DNA of 64,000 nucleotides from Eubacteriales bacterium (lineage in GTDB: Bacteria; Bacillota; Clostridia; Oscillospirales; CAG-382): contig JAZNWF010000035.1 of assembly GCA_045593165.1 (NCBI GenBank), forward strand, positions 10,078-74,077, written 5' to 3'. This document shows positions 47,647 to 58,326 of this stretch, in pieces (the first letter of the stretch is position 1; every line of letters begins with the position of its first letter). A program made the translations under genes and the position numbers. The notes beneath the pieces were generated by a model. That model was not told the origin of the DNA. It saw only the letters and a program-made list of their open reading frames with translations, and searched no databases.

Positions 47647-49347
47647 ATGATATTCAACGAGCTTCCTTACAAACGAATCGAGGTAGAGGACGTCGCGGCG
47701 GAATCGGCAAAATGCCTTGAAAAGCTAAAAAACGCAAAGGATTATTCCGAGGCGCGCGAGGCCTTTATAGAATTTGATACGTTAAACGCACACGTTGACA
47801 CCGCAGGCTCGATAAGCTACGTACGCCACAGCGTCGACACACGCGATGAATTTTATTCGACCGAAAACGATTACTGGGATTCCGCATCGCCTCAGATGCA
47901 GGAAAGCAGCATGGCGTTTATCCTCGCTATGCTCGAAAGCAAATTCCGCGCCGATTTCGAAAAGGAATTCGGCAACGTTTTATTTATCAACGCCGAGCTT
48001 GCTTTAAAATCGTTTGCGCCCGAAATAATTTCCGATATGCAGGATGAAAACGCGCGCACCTCGGATTATGCAAAGCTTATTGCATCCGCGCAGATAGATT
48101 TCAAGGGCGAAAAATACACCCTTGCGCAGATGTCGCTTTATAAAACCGACTCCGACGACGAAACGAGAAGAGCCGCTTGGGCGGCAGACGCCTCCTTCTA
48201 CAAGGAACACGCCGAGGAGCTCGACACGATTTACGACGACCTTGTGAAAAAGCGTACCGCGATGGCGCAAAAGCTCGGCATGGACAATTACGTTCAGCTC
48301 GGCTACAACAGAATGACGCGTAACTGCTTTGACACAGAAGACGTAAGCAAATTCCGTGCGGCAGTCAAAAAATATCTCGTACCTATCGCCAACGAAATAA
48401 AAAAGCAGCAGGCGGAAAGAATCGGTGTACCCTATCCCCTTTCGTTCGCAGACGATGCGTTGGATTTCCGCACGGGCAACCCCCGTCCCGCGCTTGATGC
48501 CGACGGAATACTCGCGGCGGGCAAGAAAATGTACGAGGAGATGTCGCCCGAAACGAACGAATTTATAAACAAAATGTTTACGCATCAGATGTTTGACGTT
48601 TTGTCGAAGCCCGGCAAGGCGGCAGGCGGATATTGCATAAGCATTACCGATTACAAAATGCCGTTTATATTCGCAAACTTCAACGGCACACAGCACGACG
48701 TTGAGGTTATGACTCACGAGGCGGGACACGCGTTTGCAGGCTATACCTGCCGCGACATAATCCCGACTATGATCGCACAGCCTACGCTTGAATCCTGCGA
48801 AATACATTCGATGTCTATGGAGTTTTTCGCTTGGCCTTGGGCAGAAAGCTTTTTCGGAAACGACCGCGATAAATTCCTTTATTCGCATCTTGCGGGCGCT
48901 TTGACCTTTATTCCCTACGGAACTATGGTTGACGAATTCCAGCACATCGTTTACGAAAATCCCGAAATGACTCCCGAGGAGCGTCACAACGCATGGGCAA
49001 GACTCGAAAGCGAATACCGTCCTTGGCTTAACCTCGACGGAAGCGCGTTCTACGGCGAGGGCAGAGGCTGGCAAAGACAAACTCACATCTATTCGCGTCC
49101 CTTCTATTATATCGATTACTGTCTTGCGCAAAGCGTTGCATTGAGCTTCTGGGCATTGATGCAGGAAAACAGAAGCGACGCGTGGGAGCGTTATATGAAG
49201 CTTGTCCGCAAGGGCGGCACGCAAACCTTTAAGGGTCTTATCGAAACCGCAGGTATCGCTTCCCCGTTCGGCGAAGAGGCGTTAAAGCAGATTGCAAGCG
49301 CGGCGAATAAATTTCTTGACGATTTCGATAAAAGCAAATTAAACTAA
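47647..49347 (+). CDS. M3 family oligoendopeptidase
   Basis: GKAAGGYC, PFIFANFNGT, HEAGH, EIHS, PFYYIDY. Confidence 0.92.
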   Translation: MIFNELPYKRIEVEDVAAESAKCLEKLKNAKDYSEAREAFIEFDTLNAHVDTAGSISYVRHSVDTRDEFYSTENDYWDSASPQMQESSMAFILAMLESKFRADFEKEFGNVLFINAELALKSFAPEIISDMQDENARTSDYAKLIASAQIDFKGEKYTLAQMSLYKTDSDDETRRAAWAADASFYKEHAEELDTIYDDLVKKRTAMAQKLGMDNYVQLGYNRMTRNCFDTEDVSKFRAAVKKYLVPIANEIKKQQAERIGVPYPLSFADDALDFRTGNPRPALDADGILAAGKKMYEEMSPETNEFINKMFTHQMFDVLSKPGKAAGGYCISITDYKMPFIFANFNGTQHDVEVMTHEAGHAFAGYTCRDIIPTMIAQPTLESCEIHSMSMEFFAWPWAESFFGNDRDKFLYSHLAGALTFIPYGTMVDEFQHIVYENPEMTPEERHNAWARLESEYRPWLNLDGSAFYGEGRGWQRQTHIYSRPFYYIDYCLAQSVALSFWALMQENRSDAWERYMKLVRKGGTQTFKGLIETAGIASPFGEEALKQIASAANKFLDDFDKSKLN

Positions 49348-49358
49348 CGGAGCAAGGT

Positions 49359-50210
49359 ATGAAAATATTATCCTTCGGCGAAATACTGTGGGACGTTTTC
49401 GGTGACGATAAAAAAATAGGCGGCGCGCCCTTTAACTTCGCGGCTCATTCGGCACGCTTGGGCGCGGAAAGCTATATGGTATCCTGCGTAGGATTTGACC
49501 AAAACGGAGAGGACGCAATTAACGAAGCAAAGGCTTTGGGCATAAAATGTAATTACGTGTATACCGACCGCAGACATATTACGGGCGTATGCAACGTAAC
49601 GCTTCGGGACGGAAAGCCATCGTATGATCTTGTGCTCGACACCGCGTACGACCATATTCCCGTCCCCGTTATACAGGGCAAATTCGACGCGATATATATG
49701 GGCACGCTCGCTATGCGTTCGCCCGAATCGCGCAGAAGCTTCGAGCAGGTGCTGAAATACGTCGATAAAAAAGAGGTTCTGTTCGACGTGAACTTCCGCG
49801 GCAATTTCTACTCGCGCGAGCTTGTTAATTCACTTATGCGCGAAACCACGATATTGAAGATAAGCGACGAGGAGATAGGCTTCTTCGGCAAGCGCGACCA
49901 CGTCGGAACCTGCATCGACATATCGGTTAAATACCCCAAGCTGAAATACATCTGCCTTACCTTGGGCGGCGACGGCGCAATGATATACGACTGCCGTGCA
50001 AGAACCGTGCTTTACTCCGAAAAGCCGAGCGTTGACGTTGTTTCGACCGTCGGCGCAGGCGACAGCTTTGCCGCGTGCTTCCTAACGAGTCTGCTTTCGG
50101 GCAAGCCGGTAAGCGAGTGCCTTGACCGCGCTGTAAAATTGAGCAGCTACGTGGTTACACAGTTGGGCGCAGTCCCCGATTACGACGCGGAAAAACTTTT
50201 CGAAGCGTAA
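49359..50210 (+). CDS. PfkB family carbohydrate kinase (fructokinase-like)
   Basis: GEILWD, GGAPFN, FDVNFR, STVGAGDSF. Confidence 0.9.
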   Translation: MKILSFGEILWDVFGDDKKIGGAPFNFAAHSARLGAESYMVSCVGFDQNGEDAINEAKALGIKCNYVYTDRRHITGVCNVTLRDGKPSYDLVLDTAYDHIPVPVIQGKFDAIYMGTLAMRSPESRRSFEQVLKYVDKKEVLFDVNFRGNFYSRELVNSLMRETTILKISDEEIGFFGKRDHVGTCIDISVKYPKLKYICLTLGGDGAMIYDCRARTVLYSEKPSVDVVSTVGAGDSFAACFLTSLLSGKPVSECLDRAVKLSSYVVTQLGAVPDYDAEKLFEA

Positions 50211-50314
50211 ATGTTATATCGCAAAATGCATTGACATTTATTTCGAAATGGTGTAATATATTTTACAGAAAGTGACAAAGCTCACACAAATTATACAAAA
50301 AGGAGTCGTTTCCA

Positions 50315-50545
50315 ATGTACACAGAAAAATACGAAGCTCTTCCCCTTTGGGCTAAGATCGTTATTCAGGTATTCCTCGGTGCAGCAGTAGGCGGCGTTTA
50401 CCGTATCCTTCGCTTCATCGAAACCAAGAACGTAGTAACTCTCGTTGCAGGTATCTTGAACTTTGTAGGTCTCGGTTTCATTTTCTGGATCATCGACCTT
50501 GTTACCGAAGTTCTTAAAAACAAGATCTGCGTCCTCGCTGACTAA
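50315..50545 (+). CDS. Small membrane protein
   Basis: Strong RBS aaggag; own promoter (TTGACA at 50231) and terminator (aaaaaccgca/tgcggttttt); two hydrophobic segments. Confidence 0.75.
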   Translation: MYTEKYEALPLWAKIVIQVFLGAAVGGVYRILRFIETKNVVTLVAGILNFVGLGFIFWIIDLVTEVLKNKICVLAD

Positions 50546-50622
50546 TTAAAAAGCCTGTTGAAAAACCGCAAAATCTGCGGTTTTTCTTTTTTTGTTTTTG
50601 CGTTGCGAAGACGCTTTTTTTA

Positions 50623-50651
50623 TTGACTTTAACACGCGGAAGTGATACAAT
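50623..50651 (+). promoter_or_regulatory. sigmaA promoter of the polA operon
   Basis: TTGACT-N17-TACAAT with extended TG. Confidence 0.7.
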
Positions 50652-50681
50652 TAAATTGATTAATTATATGGAGCGAAACCA

Positions 50682-53162
50682 ATGAAAAAGGCTTTGATTT
50701 TCGACGGAAACAGCATATTGAACCGCGCCTTTTACGGCGTGCGTCCGCTGAACGCGCCCGACGGCTTGCCCACCAACGCGCTGTTCGGGTTTGTCGGTAT
50801 GATAAACAAGGCTTTTTCACAAATCGGCGGTAAACCCGATTACACTGCGATCGCCTTCGACCTGAAGGAAAAGACCTTCCGCCATTTAGCGTGCGACAGC
50901 TACAAGGCTACGCGAAAGCCGATGCCCGAGGATCTGGCATTACAGATGCCGTATGCGCACGAGCTGGCGAATGCCTTGGGTATACGGGTAATAGAGATCG
51001 CGGGCTACGAGGCGGATGACGTTTTGGGCACGTTATCGGCACGCTTTTCGGAAATCGATGCCGAAACCTACATAGTAACGGGTGACCGCGACAGCTTCCA
51101 GCTTGTAAACGACAAGGTAACCGTTTTGCTTTCCTCCAACGACGATACGAAAATAACCACCCCAAAGGAAATAATGGAAAAATACGGTGTCGAGCCGAAA
51201 AGGCTTATCGACATCAAGGCGCTTATGGGTGACAGCTCGGACAACATCGCGGGTGTTCCCGGCATAGGCGAAAAGGGCGCGATAAAGCTGATTGCGGAAT
51301 ACGGCTCGCTTGATAATATTTACGAGCACGCAGACGAGATCGCGGGAAGCGTAGGCAAAAAGCTGCGCGACGGAAAGGAAAGCGCGTATACCTCCCGCTT
51401 CCTTGCCGAAATAAAATTGGACGTTCCGTTAGGATGCGATATCGAGGCATGCGCATACGGCGGAAGCGACGTATTGAAGCTTCGCGAGCTTTACACACGC
51501 TTGGGCTTCAGGCAGTTCCTCGAAAAGCTCGAAAGCGTTGCCCCCGAAGCGAACGAGGAGGAATATTTCCCTCTCGACAAGCTTTTTGTCGGTTCGGATT
51601 CGACAGTTTATCTCCACCGCGAAAACGGTGAAATATTCATATGTACAAACGGACAAGCCTACCGCGGCGACGAGGCGGACGGCATAAGGGCTGTTTCGTT
51701 ATGCAAAAAGGCGATCTGCTGGTCAGTAAAGGAGATCCTTCATCTTGCAAACGAAGCAGGTGTAGCTTTCGATGCGGAGCTCGAGGACGTTTCGTTGCTT
51801 GCATATGTATGCTCGCCCGCAGACAACGGTGTTTCGTTCGGAAAAGCCGTTCTCGACAATTTGGGTGTTTCGGCAGGCGAGGTTCGCGTTTCCCTGCTTC
51901 CCGAGCTTTATGAAAAGCTACGCTCGAAGCTGACGGCGGGTATGGAAGCACTGTATCGCGAGGTAGAGCTACCTCTTGCAAGGGTGCTTTGCGATATGGA
52001 AATACGCGGCTTTGAGGTAGACAAGGGCGCATTGGACGAATTTTCGCAAACGCTCGAACGCTCGGTTTCCGAGGAAGAAGAAGCGATCTGGGCGTTGGCA
52101 GGCGAAAAATTCAATATCAACTCCCCCAAGCAGCTGGGCAACATACTTTTTGAAAAGCTGAATCTGCCGCATTACCGAAAAACGAAAAGCGGCTATTCGA
52201 CCGACGTTTCGGTTCTCGAAAAATTAGAGCCTTATCACCCGATAATCAGTCTTATACTCGATTACCGCAAGGATTCCAAGCTTAAAAACACCTATTGCGA
52301 CGGCTTGGGCAAGCAGATCTCCGAGGACGGACGCATACACACCACCTTCAAGCAGACGCAAACGCTTACGGGCAGGCTCTCGTCGGCAGAGCCGAATCTG
52401 CAAAATATTCCCGTAAGAAGCGAACGCGGACGCGAGCTGCGCAAGTTTTTCGTTGCATCCGGCGGCAAGATATTGATAGATGCCGACTATTCGCAGATCG
52501 AGCTTCGCGTGCTTGCACACGTAGCGGGCGACGATACTTTGATAAACGCCTTCAAAAACGGCGAGGATATCCACACCGTCACGGCAAGTCAGGTATTCGG
52601 CGTTCCTGCCGAGCAGGTAACCGGCGAAATGAGAAAGCGCGCAAAGGCGGTAAACTTCGGTATAATTTACGGCATCGGCGATTATTCGCTTTCGCAGGAT
52701 CTGAAGATCCCGAAAAAGACCGCCGCGGAATATATCGAAAATTATCTGTCGAAATACCCCGGTGTGCGCGATTATCTGGATTCCACCAAGCGATCCGCAC
52801 GTGAAAACGGATACGTCGAAACGATGTTCGGCAGAAGACGCTATATACCCGAGCTTGCATCGAGCAACAAAAATCTGCAGGCGTTCGGAGAACGCGTTGC
52901 TATGAACACACCCATTCAGGGTGCGGCGGCTGATTTGATAAAGATAGCCATGATACGTGCCGACAGAATGCTGCGCGAGGCAGGACTCAACGCACGTCTT
53001 ATACTTCAGATACACGACGAGCTTATAATTGAAGCCCCCGTCGAAGAGGCAGAAATTGCAGAGTCGATTCTCCGCGAGGCGATGACCGAGGCGGCAAGCC
53101 TGTTCGTTCCGCTTGCGGTGGATATCGGCAAGGGCAAAAGCTGGTTCGACGCCAAGGATTGA
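50682..53162 (+). CDS. polA: DNA polymerase I
   Basis: DGNSI..RAFY, EADD, GD.SDNI.GVPGIG, TGRLSS..PNLQNIP, DYSQIELR, KAVNFGIIYG, QIHDE. Confidence 0.97.
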   Translation: MKKALIFDGNSILNRAFYGVRPLNAPDGLPTNALFGFVGMINKAFSQIGGKPDYTAIAFDLKEKTFRHLACDSYKATRKPMPEDLALQMPYAHELANALGIRVIEIAGYEADDVLGTLSARFSEIDAETYIVTGDRDSFQLVNDKVTVLLSSNDDTKITTPKEIMEKYGVEPKRLIDIKALMGDSSDNIAGVPGIGEKGAIKLIAEYGSLDNIYEHADEIAGSVGKKLRDGKESAYTSRFLAEIKLDVPLGCDIEACAYGGSDVLKLRELYTRLGFRQFLEKLESVAPEANEEEYFPLDKLFVGSDSTVYLHRENGEIFICTNGQAYRGDEADGIRAVSLCKKAICWSVKEILHLANEAGVAFDAELEDVSLLAYVCSPADNGVSFGKAVLDNLGVSAGEVRVSLLPELYEKLRSKLTAGMEALYREVELPLARVLCDMEIRGFEVDKGALDEFSQTLERSVSEEEEAIWALAGEKFNINSPKQLGNILFEKLNLPHYRKTKSGYSTDVSVLEKLEPYHPIISLILDYRKDSKLKNTYCDGLGKQISEDGRIHTTFKQTQTLTGRLSSAEPNLQNIPVRSERGRELRKFFVASGGKILIDADYSQIELRVLAHVAGDDTLINAFKNGEDIHTVTASQVFGVPAEQVTGEMRKRAKAVNFGIIYGIGDYSLSQDLKIPKKTAAEYIENYLSKYPGVRDYLDSTKRSARENGYVETMFGRRRYIPELASSNKNLQAFGERVAMNTPIQGAAADLIKIAMIRADRMLREAGLNARLILQIHDELIIEAPVEEAEIAESILREAMTEAASLFVPLAVDIGKGKSWFDAKD

Positions 53163-53194
53163 TATAAATGCTAATAAATGCGAGGTAAAATATA

Positions 53195-54742
53195 ATGGAA
53201 CTTAAAAATCTTAACGGCAAAAAGGTACGCGAGCTTTTAGTATATCCCGACTATACCGACAGAGAGCTTTCCGGAAAGCTTACGGGCGGTAATTACAGCG
53301 AGGGTCTTGCTTCTATTTCCGCAGTATTGAAGCAGGGCGGACACGACGTTAAGCTTATGCACCTGCTTTATCTTCACAATGAGCAGGAATTCAAGGAAAA
53401 GCTTAAGGCGTTGGGTGAATTCGATATTATCGGATTTTCTATCCGCACCACCGCATTCCCCGACTGCCAGCAGTATATAAAGTGGACCAAGGAGGTTTGC
53501 CCCGAGGCGTTTATCACCTGCGGCAGCTATCACTGCACGCTTGCGCCCGAGGAGGTAATTTCGGTTTACGGCGTTGACGCGCTTACCATCGGCGACGGCG
53601 AATATGCCGCGCTCGAGCTGTGCGACAAGATGTCCGCAGGCGAGGATTATACCGATATTTTGAGCATGTGGTTCAAAATGCCCGACGGTACTGTTAAAAA
53701 GAACCCCGTTGCACCTCTCTTTGAGGACCTCGACAGACTGCCCATCCCCGATTTCGAGCTTTTCGATTACGACAATCTTGACAGCGTAAAGGTTGGCACG
53801 GCTATCGTTATGATGAGCCGCGGCTGTCGCTACAACTGCACCTACTGCGGCAACTCGCAGTTCAGAAACGTATATCCGAACAAAAAAATATACTCCAGAT
53901 TCCGTTCTCCGCAAAACGGTATACTTTATCTCAAAACTCTGCTCGAAAAGCATCCGCAGATAAAGGTAATCAACTTCCGTGATGCTATCTTCAATATGAT
54001 TCCCGAATGGTTCGATGAATTTATCGACCTTTACACCAAGGAAATACATCTCCCCTTCACCGGCAACATACGCTTCGATATTCTTACCGAGGACACCGTT
54101 CGCCGTATGAAGGAGGCGGGCTGCTATACCATCGATATGGGTCTTGAAAGCGGCGATCAGGAAATGCGCTTCAAGTATTTAAAGCGTTATATGACCGACG
54201 AAATGATAATAAACTGCAGCAAGTGGTTCCACAAATATGGTATTGCACAGCTGACCTACAATATAATCGGTCTTCCCCACGAGGATAAATACCGCGCGTT
54301 AAAGACTATCAAGCTCAACGCAAAGGCGGGCGCGGACAGAGTTATCCCCAACATATTCTATCCCTATCCCGGAACAAAGCTTTACGAGATCGCAGAGCAG
54401 GGCGGATTTATTCCCGAGGGCGGCGTTTCTCCCGATGCGCGCGTTCCCTTGGTACAGCCGCAGTTCCCCGAGCACGAGGTGCTTTATCTGCAGGCATATT
54501 TTGCACACTTCGTACGCCGCTATAAATGGGCATACGCAATGCCCGAATGGCTCGGCAAGCCCTATGAAAAATGGCTCGACCACCGCGCAACCGGTAAGCA
54601 CGTTCCTTATAAGCTTCTGGTCAAGCTTCACGACGGCTATGCCGCAGTACGTAACGCATTGAAGAACTTCCTTGTAGACCACCTTCCCAAGCTTTATATG
54701 AAGCTGAGAATGTTGAAGCACAGAAAGAAAGCGAAAGCATAA
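53195..54742 (+). CDS. Cobalamin-binding radical SAM protein
   Basis: N-terminal B12-binding-like domain (G.YH.T..P, GDGE); SRGCRYNCTYC; GLESG. Confidence 0.85.
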   Translation: MELKNLNGKKVRELLVYPDYTDRELSGKLTGGNYSEGLASISAVLKQGGHDVKLMHLLYLHNEQEFKEKLKALGEFDIIGFSIRTTAFPDCQQYIKWTKEVCPEAFITCGSYHCTLAPEEVISVYGVDALTIGDGEYAALELCDKMSAGEDYTDILSMWFKMPDGTVKKNPVAPLFEDLDRLPIPDFELFDYDNLDSVKVGTAIVMMSRGCRYNCTYCGNSQFRNVYPNKKIYSRFRSPQNGILYLKTLLEKHPQIKVINFRDAIFNMIPEWFDEFIDLYTKEIHLPFTGNIRFDILTEDTVRRMKEAGCYTIDMGLESGDQEMRFKYLKRYMTDEMIINCSKWFHKYGIAQLTYNIIGLPHEDKYRALKTIKLNAKAGADRVIPNIFYPYPGTKLYEIAEQGGFIPEGGVSPDARVPLVQPQFPEHEVLYLQAYFAHFVRRYKWAYAMPEWLGKPYEKWLDHRATGKHVPYKLLVKLHDGYAAVRNALKNFLVDHLPKLYMKLRMLKHRKKAKA

Positions 54743-54744
54743 AA

Positions 54745-55575
54745 ATGGCGGGAACACTTTACGTCGTGCCTACTCCGATAGGCAATCTGGGCGATATGAC
54801 CCTGCGCGCAAGAGAAACCTTGGAAAAGGTGGATTTCGTTGCGGCTGAGGATACTCGCGTGGGCGGAAAGCTTTTAATGCTTTTGGATATCAAAAAGCCG
54901 CTTATAAGCTATCACGAGCACAGCGCGCGCCCTGTTTACGATGCTATTATAGAACGTCTTAACGCAGGCGAAGATTGCGCGCTGATAACCGACGCGGGCA
55001 CACCTGCGGTAAGCGACCCCGGTGAAAAATTGGTGCTTGCCTGCTCGAACGCGGGCATAAGCGTCTGCGCCCTGCCCGGTGCTTGCGCCGCGGTGACCGC
55101 GCTTTCGGCATCGGGATTGCCCTCGAGAAGATTCTGCTTCGAAGGCTTTCTTCCCGAAAACGCGACCGAGCGCCGCGAAAGGATATCCGAGCTTGCGCGT
55201 GAAAAGCGCACCTTTATACTATACGTTTCTCCGCACGACGCGGAAAAATATCTGAAAGAGCTGTCAATCGTTCTCGGCGACCGCCGTTGCGTGCTTGCCA
55301 AGGAAATAACCAAGCTCCACGAGCGTTATTTCAGGGGAACGGTTACAGAGGTTTATAATTTTTACTCCTCCCTCTCCTCGCCCGAAAAGAAGGGTGAATA
55401 CGTATTCATATGCGAGGGCATGCCCGAGGAAGAGGCGTTCTGGAAGGAAATGACCGTGGAACAGCACGTAGAGCACTATATTTCGCTCGGGCTTTCCAAA
55501 ATGGACGCCTGCAAATCCGCCGCGCGCGACAGAGGCGTCGGCAAGGGCGAAATATACAAGATAATCAACAGTTAA
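54745..55575 (+). CDS. rsmI: 16S rRNA (cytidine1402-2'-O)-methyltransferase
   Basis: LYVVPTPIGNL.D, AAEDTR, DAGTP.VSDPG, FEGFLP, EITKLHE. Confidence 0.95.
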   Translation: MAGTLYVVPTPIGNLGDMTLRARETLEKVDFVAAEDTRVGGKLLMLLDIKKPLISYHEHSARPVYDAIIERLNAGEDCALITDAGTPAVSDPGEKLVLACSNAGISVCALPGACAAVTALSASGLPSRRFCFEGFLPENATERRERISELAREKRTFILYVSPHDAEKYLKELSIVLGDRRCVLAKEITKLHERYFRGTVTEVYNFYSSLSSPEKKGEYVFICEGMPEEEAFWKEMTVEQHVEHYISLGLSKMDACKSAARDRGVGKGEIYKIINS

Positions 55576-55595
55576 CTCAACGGAAAGGAATTATT

Positions 55596-57017
55596 ATGCG
55601 CAACAGATACGGCAGGATATTTGCATTTTTACTTGTGCTTTGTCTGACTCTTCCGCTTTTAAGCGTGGCGTCGGCAAGCTCTGTTGTTGCGCTTTCCTTG
55701 TCCTGCGAGGGCGATATGTATTACGGTGGCGTAGTAAAAGTAAAAATCGCCGTTGCCAAACCGACTTCGGCATTGGCAGGGCTTGAATTCACTCTTTCCT
55801 ACGATCCCGAGCACGTAACGCCCGTAATAACCGAAAACACGGATGACGGTCGTGAAATGGATGCATTTTTTGCTTCAAGACCTGCAAATTGGGAGCAGAT
55901 GAGCTACCATTCCGCAGCGGACGCAAAATACCATTTCCGTTTCGTTATGCCCGATAACGCAAGCAGTCTGCTCGATACGGCAAACGAGCTTGTTTTAGAA
56001 GTGCCCTTTACCGTAAGCAACGCGGGAAGCTTTGATTTTGTCGTTACCGACGAGGATATTATAGCCATCGTTTCGGACAGCAGCTTTACCCCAAAAGGCG
56101 GTACGGGTGATACAATGACCGTGGTTGCGGCGAGTGAGGCTCATAAAATGTCGATCGATATAACGAGCGACGACACCGTTACCGAGGGCGGTATCTACTA
56201 TCTCGATATCGACGTGACCAACCTCGGCGACGAAGGCGGCATTCTTGCGCTTGAATTCGACCTGCTTTACGATACAAAATCGTTCAGCCCCATTTATACC
56301 TCGAACACCGAAAGTCAGATGGACGCCTTTATGGTTTCGATGCCGCAAAGCGCATGGGAGCAGATGTGCTCGTTGAATGCGTCAACCGGAATATACACTC
56401 TGCGCTTTGCCGCACTGCACGCCGAATCCGACACAAGTGCGGAAAAATTGGTTTCGGGCGCAAAGCTTAAAATATCCGTTCCGTTCCGCGTTATCGGTAC
56501 GGAGGGTACGGTTTCGGAGTTTTCCATATCCGCTTCGTCTATTCTGGGCATCAACGGAGCAAACTCAATAATAACCGGCGGCGGTGACACAAAAGCAGTT
56601 TCGATAGAAAAAGCCGCGGGTATTTCGATTCCGCCCGAGCTGGGCTACACCATAAGCAACGGTTACCTTTTGTACGTACCCGAAAAAACAAGCGTTGCAA
56701 GCTTTTTATCACCGCTCGGCTCGCTTTATCTCACAACGTCCGGCGGAACGCGCGTAACTATGGGATACGTTAAAACGGGTCAAATACTTACCGACGGCGG
56801 CGATTATTCGTTGACCGTGGTCGTAAAGGGTGATGCCGACAGCAACGGAATGGTTACCGCTTTGGACTACGTCTGGGCAAAAAGAGTATATTTAGGCTCG
56901 TTAAAGCCCACCAACAACGCAAAAATATACGCTGTTGCGCTTGAAAACAGAAGCAAGCCTACGCTTATCGACCTTATAAAAATCAAACGTCATTATATGG
57001 GAACGTACGAATTATGA
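55596..57017 (+). CDS. Secreted protein with two cohesin-like domains and a C-terminal dockerin
   Basis: ATG at 55596 after aaagga; two repeats of LEF.L.YD......MDAF....P..WEQM...(V/S)PF.V; KGDADSNGMVTALDY..AKR...IDLIKIKR. Confidence 0.75.
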   Translation: MRNRYGRIFAFLLVLCLTLPLLSVASASSVVALSLSCEGDMYYGGVVKVKIAVAKPTSALAGLEFTLSYDPEHVTPVITENTDDGREMDAFFASRPANWEQMSYHSAADAKYHFRFVMPDNASSLLDTANELVLEVPFTVSNAGSFDFVVTDEDIIAIVSDSSFTPKGGTGDTMTVVAASEAHKMSIDITSDDTVTEGGIYYLDIDVTNLGDEGGILALEFDLLYDTKSFSPIYTSNTESQMDAFMVSMPQSAWEQMCSLNASTGIYTLRFAALHAESDTSAEKLVSGAKLKISVPFRVIGTEGTVSEFSISASSILGINGANSIITGGGDTKAVSIEKAAGISIPPELGYTISNGYLLYVPEKTSVASFLSPLGSLYLTTSGGTRVTMGYVKTGQILTDGGDYSLTVVVKGDADSNGMVTALDYVWAKRVYLGSLKPTNNAKIYAVALENRSKPTLIDLIKIKRHYMGTYEL

Positions 57018-57457
57018 AAAAAATCCTTACAGTATTAACCGCGCTGATTCTTGTCGTAACACTGTGCGGCTGCGAAAGCAATTTCGAGCGCGCGGACGAA
57101 GCCGCGATGGGCTTTATAAAGGCTATGCTTCTTCGCGACGAGGACGGAATGAAGGATTTTATACATCCCGATTACAAAAAAACCGCCGTTCCCGACGACG
57201 AATTTTACAAAGCGCTTGAAACGCAATATTTCGAAATCGGTCATACCTTGGATGCATTGGATTCCGCCACAAAAACCTATATGGAGGACACCTCTATCGA
57301 CGGCGAGGTATTACAATGCGGATACGTTGCGCGGGTAAACGAGCTTTTTTACAACGTCGAGCTTATCATCCTCGAAAACGATAACGGATACGGTGTGATT
57401 TCGGTTGCTATGGCGCTTAATACCGATATCAATTATTATTATCACGAAGGTGAATGA
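57014..57457 (+). CDS. Hypothetical lipoprotein
   Basis: Lipobox LCG-C; overlaps both neighbours. Confidence 0.7.
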   Translation: MKKILTVLTALILVVTLCGCESNFERADEAAMGFIKAMLLRDEDGMKDFIHPDYKKTAVPDDEFYKALETQYFEIGHTLDALDSATKTYMEDTSIDGEVLQCGYVARVNELFYNVELIILENDNGYGVISVAMALNTDINYYYHEGE

Positions 57458-58326
57458 TGACGAATAAAATCAAACGTATAATCAAAAATTACCTTCTTAT
57501 AACCGTCGGCTGTATACTTTTCGCCGCCGGCGTATCGCTTTTCCTTGACCCGAACCATCTTGCATCAGGCGGAGTTTCGGGTCTTTCGATAATTATCGGC
57601 AGTCTTGTGGATATCTTCCCCACGGGTACCTGGGTGGCGATAATCAACATTCCGATAATGATCGCGGGCGTATGGAAGCTTGGTATCAAAATACTTGTTC
57701 CTACCGTGTATGCGGTAGCAGTAAGCTCTGCCGCGATGAATATTTTAGAGGAGCTTGTTCCTCCCGTTACCGCGAACCCCTTGTTAGCCTGCTGCGGCGG
57801 TGCAGTTCTGGTTTCCGTGGGCGTAGGCTTGGTGTTCCGCGGCGGCGCAACCACGGGCGGCACGGATATTATAGTAAAGCTTCTCCGCTTGCGCTTTCCG
57901 CACGTATCCACCGGCACAATATTCCTTTTTGCCGACGGTGCAGTGTGTCTGCTTTCGGGCTTTGTTTTCAAAAACGTAGACAGCGCGCTATATGCCGCTA
58001 TTGCATTGTTTATCCAGATGTACGTGCTGAATATGGTGCTTTACGGTTCGGACGAGGCGAGAATGGTCTACATTATCAGCGAGCACGACCAAATAATTTC
58101 CGAACGATTCTTAAAGGAGCTTGACGTAGGCGCAACCTACTTGAACGGCAGCGGCGCATATACGGGCAAGGACAAAAAGGTGCTTATGTGCGTTATGAAG
58201 ATGCGCACGCTTCCTCAGGCACGCGAAATAGTTAAAACCGAGGACAGCAACGCCTTTATGATAGTTACAAAGGCGACCAGCGTATTTGGCGAGGGCTTCA
58301 AGAGCCACGCCGAGGAAGATCTATGA
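57454..58326 (+). CDS. YitT family membrane protein
   Basis: GGVSGLS, NIP, TTGGTDI, GATYL.G.GAYTG, AFMIV....VFGEGF. Confidence 0.9.
   Translation: MMTNKIKRIIKNYLLITVGCILFAAGVSLFLDPNHLASGGVSGLSIIIGSLVDIFPTGTWVAIINIPIMIAGVWKLGIKILVPTVYAVAVSSAAMNILEELVPPVTANPLLACCGGAVLVSVGVGLVFRGGATTGGTDIIVKLLRLRFPHVSTGTIFLFADGAVCLLSGFVFKNVDSALYAAIALFIQMYVLNMVLYGSDEARMVYIISEHDQIISERFLKELDVGATYLNGSGAYTGKDKKVLMCVMKMRTLPQAREIVKTEDSNAFMIVTKATSVFGEGFKSHAEEDL

Noticed and set aside
53195-54742. B12 radical SAM enzyme as part of a RiPP or secondary-metabolite cluster
   Set aside because: It lies between polA and rsmI with no precursor peptide, transporter or tailoring genes.
55410-55595. N-terminal extension of the cohesin/dockerin ORF overlapping rsmI
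   Set aside because: The signal peptide and RBS indicate a start at 55596.
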